A stretch of DNA of 64,000 bases, taken from assembly GCA_965261735.1 (NCBI GenBank), contig OZ253470.1, forward strand, positions 32,001-96,000, in the 5' to 3' direction. Below the pieces are notes generated by a model. That model did not search any database and was not told where the DNA came from. It was given only the letters and a program-made list of their open reading frames with translations. Positions 55,925-64,000 of the stretch are shown here, in pieces (the first letter of the stretch is position 1; each line of letters opens with the position of its first letter). Position numbers and translations under genes: made by a program. The DNA is from Alphaproteobacteria bacterium (GTDB lineage: Bacteria; Pseudomonadota; Alphaproteobacteria; SHVV01).

Positions 55925-58654
55925 CTACGCGTCGTCGATTTCCTCGTCGCCCCCGGTTTCGGCCTCGTCGACCGCCTCCCCCTCGCCGTCCTCGGCGGAG
56001 ACCTCCGGAAGCCACGCCACGGAAACGACACGCTCATCGGCTTCGGTCCGAAACAAAGTTACACCTTGGGTATTGCGCCCGGCAAAGCGGATGTCGTCGA
56101 CCGGCGTGCGGATCAACTGGCCGTGGTCCGTGACGAGCATGACCTGGTCCCCATCGGCGGCGGGAAAGGACGAGACGACCGGGCCGTTGCGCTCCGAGGT
56201 TACGATATTGATGATGCCCTGGCCGCCGCGCGTGGTGACGCGGTACTCGTAGGCGGAGGTTCGCTTGCCGTAGCCGTTCTCAGTGACGCTGAGGACGAAC
56301 TCTTCGGCCGCCGCCAACTCCGCCGCGCGTTCGCTACCGATACCGCTCGCCTGGGAAGGCGCCGCGGCTTCTTCGTCGCTTCGGCCTTCCCGGCGTCGCG
56401 AGCGTAGGTAGGCGTCGCGCTGCTCGGTGTCGGCCTCGACGTGGTGCAGGATCGACATGGAGATTACCGCGTCGTCGCGCACGAGCCTCATCCCGCGGAC
56501 ACCGATGGTGGCGCGCCCACCGTGCATCCGCAGCTCGGCGACTGCGAAGCGGATGCATTTTCCCTTCCGCGATACGAGCAACACGTCGTCGGTATCAGTG
56601 GCAGTGGCAACGCCGATCAGCCGGTCGCCTTCCTCCAGCTTGATGGCAATGATTCCAGTCGACAGCACGTTGCTGAACTTGCTGAGCAGGATAGGCCGGA
56701 CGATTCCGCGGGTGGTCGCAAATACCGCGACGAGCTCGGCCCACGCCCCCTCGTCCTCCGGCAGCGGCATCAGCGTCGCGATGGTCTCGCCCTCGGCAAG
56801 CGGCAACACGTTGACCATCGCCTTGCCCCGCGCCTGAGGCGTACCCAGAGGCAGGGCATACGCCTTGAGCTTGTAGACCTTGCCGGTCGTCGAGAAGAAA
56901 AGTACCGGGGTGTGGGTATTGACGACGAAAACACGGGTAACGAAGTCCTCCTCCCGGGTGCTCATGCCGGCCCGCCCCTTGCCGCCGCGCCGCTGCGCGC
57001 GGTAGGTGCTGAGCGGAACCCGTTTGATGTAGCCGGTGTGGGTGACGGTAACGACCATCTCCTCGCGCTTGATGAGCTCTTCCTCGTCTTGCTCGAACTC
57101 GCCCTCCAGGATGGTGGTGCGGCGCGGCGTGCCGAACTTCTTCTTGATGGCCACCAGCTCATCGCGCAGCACCCGATATAGGCGGGTCCGACTGCGCAGA
57201 ATGTCGAGATAGTCGACGATGCGCTCGACCAGCGTTTGGAGCTCGCTGCCGATGCGATCGCGTTCGAGCGCGGTGAGGCGCTGAAGGCGAAGATCCAGGA
57301 TCGCCCGCGCCTGGGCCTCCGAGAGACGGTAGTCACCGTCGACGACCCCCTGTCCGGGCGTATCGATGAGCTCGATGAGCGACGTTACCTCGCCCGCCGG
57401 CCAGGCCTCGGCCATCAGGCGCTCGCGCGCTTTGGCCGGGTCGGGCGCCTTGCGGATGAGCGCGACGACGGCGTCGATGTTGGCGACGGCCACCGCGAGA
57501 CCGATCAGCACTTCCGCTCGCTCCCGCGCCTTGGCGAGTTCGAACTTCGTGCGCCGGGTGATGACCTCCTCGCGAAAGGTGACGAACGCGGCGATGACAT
57601 CGCGCAGGCCCAAGAGCTCCGGCCGGCCGCCGGTAAGCGCCAGCATGTTGACGCCAAAGCTCGTTTGCAGCGGGGTAAACCGATAGAGCTGATTGAGAAC
57701 GAGGTCGGCGTTGACCTCGCGCCGGAGCTCGATAACGACCCTCACGCCATCGCGGTCGGACTCGTCGCGCAGCTCCGCTATACCCTCGACTCGTTTGCTG
57801 CGCGCGACCTCGGCAATCTGCTCGATCAGGCGCGACTTGTTCACCTGATAGGGGATTTCCGTGACGACGATGACGGGACGGTCGCGGCCTGCCTCCTCCA
57901 TGCGCACGCGGCTGCGCATGACGATGGAGCCGCGCCCGAGGTGATAGGCGGCGCGCGCACCCGCCGAGCCGAGGATGAAGCCGCCGGTCGGAAAGTCCGG
58001 CGCCGGCACGTGCGTCATCAGCTCCTCGACCTCTATCTCCGGATTGTCGACAAAGGCGCAACAGGCGTCGATCACCTCACCGAGATTGTGGGGCGGAATG
58101 TTCGTCGCCATGCCCACCGCAATGCCACCTGCGCCGTTGACCAGCAGGTTGGGAAAGCGCGCCGGCAGCACCGTTGGCTCGAGCGTCGTGTCGTCGTAGT
58201 TGGCGCGGAAGTCGACCGTGTCCTTGTCGATGTCGTCGAGCAGGGCGCGCGCGACCTCGGCCAGGCGGACCTCGGTGTAGCGCATCGCCGCAGGCGGATC
58301 GCCGTCCATCGAGCCGAAATTGCCCTGGCCGTCGATCAGTTGGAGCCGCATGGCGAAGTCCTGCGCCATGCGGACCATGGCGTCGTAGATCGCCTGGTCG
58401 CCGTGCGGGTGATACTTGCCCATGACGTCGCCAACGATGCGCGCCGCCTTACGGTAAGCGCGGTTCCAGTCGTTACCGGTCTCGTCCATCCCGTAAAGGA
58501 TGCGCCGGTGCACCGGCTTGAGCCCATCGCGCACGTCGGGCAAGGCGCGCGCGACGATGACGCTCATGGCGTAATCGAGGTAGGAGCGCCGCATCTCCTC
58601 CTCGATGCTGATCGGCGAGATGTCTTGGTCGGGCGGTACGAGGGTGTCGGTCAA
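55925..58654 (-). CDS. gyrA: DNA gyrase subunit A
   Basis: [22 protein letters not shown], GyrA-box QRRGGKG. Confidence 0.98.
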   Translation of the reverse strand: MTDTLVPPDQDISPISIEEEMRRSYLDYAMSVIVARALPDVRDGLKPVHRRILYGMDETGNDWNRAYRKAARIVGDVMGKYHPHGDQAIYDAMVRMAQDFAMRLQLIDGQGNFGSMDGDPPAAMRYTEVRLAEVARALLDDIDKDTVDFRANYDDTTLEPTVLPARFPNLLVNGAGGIAVGMATNIPPHNLGEVIDACCAFVDNPEIEVEELMTHVPAPDFPTGGFILGSAGARAAYHLGRGSIVMRSRVRMEEAGRDRPVIVVTEIPYQVNKSRLIEQIAEVARSKRVEGIAELRDESDRDGVRVVIELRREVNADLVLNQLYRFTPLQTSFGVNMLALTGGRPELLGLRDVIAAFVTFREEVITRRTKFELAKARERAEVLIGLAVAVANIDAVVALIRKAPDPAKARERLMAEAWPAGEVTSLIELIDTPGQGVVDGDYRLSEAQARAILDLRLQRLTALERDRIGSELQTLVERIVDYLDILRSRTRLYRVLRDELVAIKKKFGTPRRTTILEGEFEQDEEELIKREEMVVTVTHTGYIKRVPLSTYRAQRRGGKGRAGMSTREEDFVTRVFVVNTHTPVLFFSTTGKVYKLKAYALPLGTPQARGKAMVNVLPLAEGETIATLMPLPEDEGAWAELVAVFATTRGIVRPILLSKFSNVLSTGIIAIKLEEGDRLIGVATATDTDDVLLVSRKGKCIRFAVAELRMHGGRATIGVRGMRLVRDDAVISMSILHHVEADTEQRDAYLRSRRREGRSDEEAAAPSQASGIGSERAAELAAAEEFVLSVTENGYGKRTSAYEYRVTTRGGQGIINIVTSERNGPVVSSFPAADGDQVMLVTDHGQLIRTPVDDIRFAGRNTQGVTLFRTEADERVVSVAWLPEVSAEDGEGEAVDEAETGGDEEIDDA

Positions 58655-58787
58655 CGGGGTGGTTGGTGTTTGGGGGTTGTGTTTGCGATCGACGGAAGCG
58701 TTGCCGGTGCACCGGCGTGGTCAGGCGGTTGCGCTAGCGGCCGGGCTAGCGGCAGGGCCAGCTCGACTGCCGGCCCTCTGTCGCGAC

Positions 58788-59249
58788 TCAAAAGGGAATT
58801 TCGTCGTCGATGTCGGCACCCGCCTCGGCCTGATAAGGAGGTGCCGAACCCGCGCCCGTGCCCGCCTCGGCCCCGGCGAATCCCTCGCTCGCGGCGGCGC
58901 GGCTGTCGAGCATCGTGAGTTCACCGCGAAATCGCCCGAGGACGACCTCGGTGGTGTAGCGGTCCTGGCCCGAAGCGTCGGTCCACTTCCGTGTTTGCAG
59001 CTGACCCTCGAGATAGACCTTCGAGCCCTTCTTTATGTATTGCTCGGCGATGCGGCCCAAATTCTCGTTGAAGATCACTACCCGGTGCCATTCTGTGCGC
59101 TCGCGGCGCTCCCCGCTGGCGCGATCCTTCCACGATTCCGAGGTTGCGACGGACAGGTTGACGATCGGGCTCCCATCCTGTGTGTGGCGGACCTCGGGAT
59201 CGCGGCCCAAATTGCCGACGAGGATCACCTTATTGACGCTGCCTGCCAT
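58788..59249 (-). CDS. ssb: single-stranded DNA-binding protein
   Basis: [24 protein letters not shown]-terminal DDEIPF. Confidence 0.98.
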   Translation of the reverse strand: MAGSVNKVILVGNLGRDPEVRHTQDGSPIVNLSVATSESWKDRASGERRERTEWHRVVIFNENLGRIAEQYIKKGSKVYLEGQLQTRKWTDASGQDRYTTEVVLGRFRGELTMLDSRAAASEGFAGAEAGTGAGSAPPYQAEAGADIDDEIPF

Positions 59250-59475
59250 GACCGGGCCTCGAATTCAGTAACAGTTTCAAGGCTCTCGCCTCCCCTAAAG
59301 GTCGTGGAGAGAGCCTGCCGGGCATCTTACGCGGATTCATCCGGCCGCCGCCACCGGCAAAATGCGACGGCCTCGGCCGCCGCGTTTCGGGCGTTTGCAT
59401 TTTGCTTCAACGGCGCTCAACATGTGCTTTCTAGCACTCGATCGTACGGGTACACCGCTCTCACCAGCGTCAAGA

Positions 59476-62403
59476 ATGAACAAATCCATCAGCATCCGTG
59501 GCGCCCGCGAGCACAATCTCAAGGGCATCGACATCGAGATTCCGCGCGATCGGCTGGTCGTGATCACCGGGCTCAGCGGTTCGGGCAAGTCGTCGTTGGC
59601 GTTCGACACGATCTACGCGGAGGGCCAACGCCGCTACGTCGAGAGCCTTTCGGCCTACGCGCGTCAGTTCCTCGAGCTCATGCAAAAGCCGGACGTTGAG
59701 TCGATCGAGGGGCTGTCGCCGGCCATTTCGATCGAGCAAAAGACGACCTCGAAGAACCCGCGCTCCACGGTCGGCACCGTTACCGAAATTTACGACTATT
59801 TGCGCCTCTTGTTCGCGCGGGTCGGCGTCCCCTACTCGCCCGCCACCGGCCTGCCGATCGAGAGTCAGACCGTGTCGCAAATGGTCGACATCCTGCTCGA
59901 CATGCCCGAGGGGCGGCGCCTCTATCTGATGGCGCCCGTGGTGCGCGGTCGCAAGGGCGAGTATCGCAAGGAACTGGCGGATCTGCTCAAGCGCGGTTTC
60001 CAGCGCGTCAAGGTGGATGGGGCGATCTACGACATCGAGGCGGTGCCTGCCCTCAATAAGAAGGTCAAACACGACATCGAGGTCGTGGTCGACCGCGTGG
60101 TGCTGCGCCCCGACTTGGCGACGCGGTTGGCCGACAGCCTCGAGACCGCGCTGGGCGTGAGTGACGGGCTCGCCATCGCCGAAGAGGCGGACGGCGGCGC
60201 GCGCACCCTGTTCTCGGCCAAATTCGCCTGTCCAGTTTCGGGATTCACGATCGAGGAAATCGAGCCCCGGCTGTTCTCGTTCAACAACCCCTATGGGGCA
60301 TGTCCCTCATGCGACGGCCTCGGCACCCGCATGTTCATCGATCCCGGCCTGGTCGTGCCCAACGACGCCCTGACTTTGCGCGAGGGCGCCATCGCTCCGT
60401 GGGCGCGCTCGACGTCGCCCTACTACACGCAGGCCCTCAATAGCCTCGCACATCACTACGGGATCAGCACCACCGAGCCCTTCCGCGACCTGCCGGAAAA
60501 GGTACGCCAAGTCATCCTGTTCGGGTCCGGCGACGAGCCCGTGCGCATGACCTACGACGACGGCAACCGCGTCTACACCACCGAGCGGCCCTATGAAGGG
60601 GTCGTGCCCAACCTCGAGCGGCGCTGGCGCGAAACGGAATCGGACTGGATTCGCGACGAGCTGGGGCGCTACCTCTCGAGCGCGCCATGCGAGGCCTGCG
60701 GCGGCTACCGCCTCAAGCCCGAGGCGCTCGCGGTCAAGATCGACGGGTTGCACGCCGCCCAGGTGGCCGAGATGTCGATCGTCCAAGCCGCCGAGTGGTG
60801 CACCGGCCTCGCCGGGCGGCTGTCGGCCAAGCGGCTCGAAATCGCCCGCCGAATCCTGAAGGAGCTCGACGCCCGCCTCGGTTTTCTCGTCAACGTTGGC
60901 CTCGACTACCTCACGCTGTCGCGCGGCGCGGCGACCCTTTCGGGCGGCGAGAGCCAGAGAATCCGCCTGGCTTCGCAGATCGGCTCCGGCCTCACCGGCG
61001 TGCTCTACGTGCTCGACGAGCCCTCCATCGGCCTGCACCAGCGCGACAACGCCCGGCTGCTGGAAACGCTGAAGGACCTCCGCGACCTCGGCAATTCGGT
61101 GCTCGTCGTGGAGCACGACGAGGAGGCGATCCTCGCGGCCGATCATGTCATCGACATGGGGCCAGGGGCCGGGGTCCATGGCGGCCACGTCGTCGCGCAG
61201 GGGCCGCCGCAGCGAATCATGCGCAGCCCCGAGAGCCTTACCGGGCAATACCTCTCCGGAACGCGGCAGGTTCCCGTGCCGGCTGGCCGCCGACAGGGGC
61301 ATGCGGGCAAGGAGTTGGCCATCGTCGGCGCCACCGCACACAATCTGCGCGGCGTCAGCGTGCGCATTCCGCTCGGAACCTTCACCTGCGTCACCGGCGT
61401 CTCGGGCGGCGGCAAATCGACGCTCATCGTTGAGACCCTCTACAAAGGCGTGGCACGGCGGCTCAACAACGCCCGCGCCCTTCCCGGCGCGCACGAGCGC
61501 ATCGACGGGATCGAGTATCTTGACAAGATCGTCGATATCGACCAGTCGCCGATCGGACGCACGCCGCGCTCGAACCCGGCGACCTACACCGGGGCATTCA
61601 CACCCATCCGCGACTGGTATGCCGCTTTACCCGAGGCGGTGGCGCGAGGCTATAAGCCGGGGCGATTCTCGTTCAACGTCAAGGGTGGCCGCTGCGAGGC
61701 CTGCCAGGGCGACGGCGTGATCAAGATCGAGATGCACTTCCTGCCCGACGTCTATGTCCAGTGCGACGTGTGCAAGGGCCGGAGATACAATCGCGAGACT
61801 CTGGAAATATCGTTTCGCGGCAAATCGATAGCCGATGTTCTTGAGATGACGGTGGACGAAGGCGCCGACTTTTTCGGTGCCGTGCCGGCGATCCGCGACA
61901 AGCTTCAGACGATGCAAAAGGTGGGGCTCGGCTACGTCGCTGTCGGCCAGGCGGCGACTACGCTTTCAGGCGGCGAGGCGCAGCGCATCAAGCTCTCCCG
62001 CGAACTGTCGCGGCGGGCAACAGGCCAGACGCTTTACATTCTCGATGAGCCGACCACCGGCCTTCATTTCGAGGACATCCGCCGCCTGCTCGACGTGCTG
62101 CATACGCTGGTCGAAGCCGGCAACACGGTGGTCGTCATCGAGCACAACCTCGAGATCATCAAAACGGCGGACTGGATTATCGACCTCGGTCCCGGCGGCG
62201 GTGATGCCGGCGGGCGCATCGTCGCCGCCGGGACGCCGGAGGAGGTCGCGGGGGTGGCGGAGAGCTACACTGGGTACTATGTGGGCCGGCACCTCGCCCG
62301 GGCGGCCGCCAAGACGCGCTCCAAGCGGACGCGGGCCAAAGCCGCTCCGACACAACGTCCGCGCGGGTCCGGCGACCGTACCCCTCGTCGCAAGTCGGCG
62401 TGA
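59476..62403 (+). CDS. uvrA: excinuclease ABC subunit A
   Basis: [19 protein letters not shown], two ABC modules, zinc fingers; divergent from ssb. Start at MNKSIS. Confidence 0.98.
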   Translation: MNKSISIRGAREHNLKGIDIEIPRDRLVVITGLSGSGKSSLAFDTIYAEGQRRYVESLSAYARQFLELMQKPDVESIEGLSPAISIEQKTTSKNPRSTVGTVTEIYDYLRLLFARVGVPYSPATGLPIESQTVSQMVDILLDMPEGRRLYLMAPVVRGRKGEYRKELADLLKRGFQRVKVDGAIYDIEAVPALNKKVKHDIEVVVDRVVLRPDLATRLADSLETALGVSDGLAIAEEADGGARTLFSAKFACPVSGFTIEEIEPRLFSFNNPYGACPSCDGLGTRMFIDPGLVVPNDALTLREGAIAPWARSTSPYYTQALNSLAHHYGISTTEPFRDLPEKVRQVILFGSGDEPVRMTYDDGNRVYTTERPYEGVVPNLERRWRETESDWIRDELGRYLSSAPCEACGGYRLKPEALAVKIDGLHAAQVAEMSIVQAAEWCTGLAGRLSAKRLEIARRILKELDARLGFLVNVGLDYLTLSRGAATLSGGESQRIRLASQIGSGLTGVLYVLDEPSIGLHQRDNARLLETLKDLRDLGNSVLVVEHDEEAILAADHVIDMGPGAGVHGGHVVAQGPPQRIMRSPESLTGQYLSGTRQVPVPAGRRQGHAGKELAIVGATAHNLRGVSVRIPLGTFTCVTGVSGGGKSTLIVETLYKGVARRLNNARALPGAHERIDGIEYLDKIVDIDQSPIGRTPRSNPATYTGAFTPIRDWYAALPEAVARGYKPGRFSFNVKGGRCEACQGDGVIKIEMHFLPDVYVQCDVCKGRRYNRETLEISFRGKSIADVLEMTVDEGADFFGAVPAIRDKLQTMQKVGLGYVAVGQAATTLSGGEAQRIKLSRELSRRATGQTLYILDEPTTGLHFEDIRRLLDVLHTLVEAGNTVVVIEHNLEIIKTADWIIDLGPGGGDAGGRIVAAGTPEEVAGVAESYTGYYVGRHLARAAAKTRSKRTRAKAAPTQRPRGSGDRTPRRKSA

Positions 62404-62461
62404 GCGGGCTAACGAAAAAGTATGTCCGCCGCCACGACCACCTGACAATATGACGGCAAGG

Positions 62462-63334
62462 CTAGTAGCGGCCCCTCTTCGAGGAGAGTGTGAGCGCGGC
62501 GACGCGTCGCGCCACGCTGAGGGCGGTGCGCCGGTAGGGGTTGTGGCCGCCGCGGGCGAGCCGCGCTTGATAGAGCGTGCACAACACCGCCGGCAGCAGC
62601 GCGGGAAGCGCGGCTCGAGGAACCTCGGCGCGCAAGGCGCGGGCCTCGACGAGGTGGTGCGCCGCGGCCTCGAGCATCACCGCCATCGCCTTGCCGAGCG
62701 CGGGGGTGTAGCGCCCCGCGAAGACCTCCCCCTCCGAGAGCCCGCATGCGGCCATCGTTTCACTCGGCACGTAGAGGCGGCGCTGGGCGGCATGGAAGGG
62801 TACGGCGCGCACCAGCCCCGTCAGCGCCCAGGCGATGCCGACGTGGCGGGCCGCGCTCGCGGCAGCGTCGTTCGAGACACCGAGTGCTTCGAGCTCAAGT
62901 TCGGCGAGCGCCCCCGACGTCGCTTCGGCGTATGATTCCAGCGCGATCAGCGTCGCTGGTGCCGCGCTGTCGAGGTCGGCCTCGCGGGCCTCGATCAGCC
63001 GATCGACGAGGGCTCGGGTCAGGCCATGGGCGACAACCGCCTCGGCGAGCGCGAGCGCCACTGGATGCGCGGGCGGCGCACCGGCGAACACCTGTCCCAC
63101 CGCATCGCGCCAAAACTGCAATCGGATGTCACCGAGTGCCGGCTCGCTCACGCTCTCGCGGATGCGCGCAATCTCCTGATTGAAGGCGAGCAGCGCCATG
63201 AGCGCGTGGCGCGCCGGCTGCGGCGCGAACAACGCCGCGAGGTAGCGGTCGTGATCGTGGCGGCGCGCCTCGCCCCTGCAATACTCATGGGCGTCGTGCG
63301 CGGCGGGCCCGGCAGATGCGGCGGCCTCGCTCAC
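62462..63334 (-). CDS. squalene/phytoene synthase-fold protein (NDUFAF6-like)
   Basis: R.HDHDRYLAALFAP, AFNQEIARIRESVSEP..G.IRLQFWR. GTG start at 63334. Confidence 0.85.
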   Translation of the reverse strand: MSEAAASAGPAAHDAHEYCRGEARRHDHDRYLAALFAPQPARHALMALLAFNQEIARIRESVSEPALGDIRLQFWRDAVGQVFAGAPPAHPVALALAEAVVAHGLTRALVDRLIEAREADLDSAAPATLIALESYAEATSGALAELELEALGVSNDAAASAARHVGIAWALTGLVRAVPFHAAQRRLYVPSETMAACGLSEGEVFAGRYTPALGKAMAVMLEAAAHHLVEARALRAEVPRAALPALLPAVLCTLYQARLARGGHNPYRRTALSVARRVAALTLSSKRGRY

Positions 63335-64000
63335 GCCGGCAGTCGGCCTTCGAGGACGGCGCGATAGTCTCGGGCGACAAGCGCATAGGTCGCGTGGTAG
63401 CGCCGGTAGAGGGCATCCAGGGCGATCTGTTCCCGGGCGCCGAGCCAGGGCGCGAGGTCGACGAGCAGACGCTCGGCGGCCGGCATGAGCCGCCCCGCGC
63501 GAGCCCCCAGATCCTCGATCAAGGGCGCGATCGCGGTGAGGTCGTGGCGCGCCACCGCGCGCCGGAGCCGGCCCTTGTCGAGGCCGGCCGCGCTCAGGGC
63601 TTGGCGCGGGATGGTTATCAGCTGGGCCGGCTTGCGCGTGTCGGCGGGCAGGTCCCTGAGGATGTGGACGAGGTAACAGAAGTGCGCCATGTCGGCGACG
63701 TGACGCAGCGCGGCGGCAGGCGCATCGAACTCGGTGGTAGCACCGCCGGTAACGCGGCACGCGAGGATGTAGACGAAGACCCTGGCCGGGGCTACGGCCG
63801 CGCCGCGGCAATAGGCGTCGAAGTCGTCCCAGCCACGTAAGCCGCGCTCGCTTACGTCGCTGCGCATCGATCCCGCCAGATCGCGCCAGGGTCCCGGGCC
63901 GATCTCGCTCGCCCCCGCATAGCGATTGAGCGCCGCGAACACGCGCCCCTCGAAGGAATCGGGGCCGGCGCGAAAGCGGCCTGCGGCTGCGGCCGTTGCC
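63331..64000 (-). CDS. squalene/phytoene synthase family protein (3' part; start outside window)
   Basis: M.SD.......WDDFDAYC.GAA, LVHILRDLPAD; frame open to the window end. Confidence 0.7.
   Translation of the reverse strand, partial: ATAAAAGRFRAGPDSFEGRVFAALNRYAGASEIGPGPWRDLAGSMRSDVSERGLRGWDDFDAYCRGAAVAPARVFVYILACRVTGGATTEFDAPAAALRHVADMAHFCYLVHILRDLPADTRKPAQLITIPRQALSAAGLDKGRLRRAVARHDLTAIAPLIEDLGARAGRLMPAAERLLVDLAPWLGAREQIALDALYRRYHATYALVARDYRAVLEGRLPA

Noticed and set aside
57236-58918. Long antisense ORFs over gyrA, uvrA and other genes
   Set aside because: Typical shadow frames of high-GC coding sequence with no recognisable motifs.

Overview
GC-rich alphaproteobacterial chromosome segment (Rhodospirillales-like gene order; taxonomy is inferred). 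The left arm (1-14.2 kb) holds dksA-fliX, a doubly truncated SBBP/FlaEY-like fragment, an IS1595 element, clpP-tig-tRNA-Leu, an AceE-type 2-oxoacid dehydrogenase E1, malonyl-CoA decarboxylase, nnr, a methyltransferase, an amidase and dadA. The right arm (52.4-64 kb) is housekeeping: tRNA-Lys, tgt, queA, cyclophilin, coaD, gyrA, ssb, uvrA and two squalene/phytoene-synthase-fold genes. Between them lies a ~38 kb catabolic region with no recognisable regulator, built largely from paralog arrays. It has four salicylate/anthranilate-type Rieske oxygenase alpha subunits sharing one beta subunit, with near-identical Rieske domains and divergent catalytic domains. It also has three equal-length amidohydrolase-2 paralogs, two two-domain VOC proteins, two different triple-domain Rid proteins, an itaconate/methylsuccinate-like CoA module, F420-type LLM/PPOX genes, an HsaA-type monooxygenase, and a P450-ferredoxin-crotonase-hotdog-ABC-acyl-CoA ligase-LVIVD operon. 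An IS630 sits exactly in the CTAG at the stop codon of the third alpha subunit. Substrates cannot be determined from sequence alone. All family calls are by motif recognition, without database searches.
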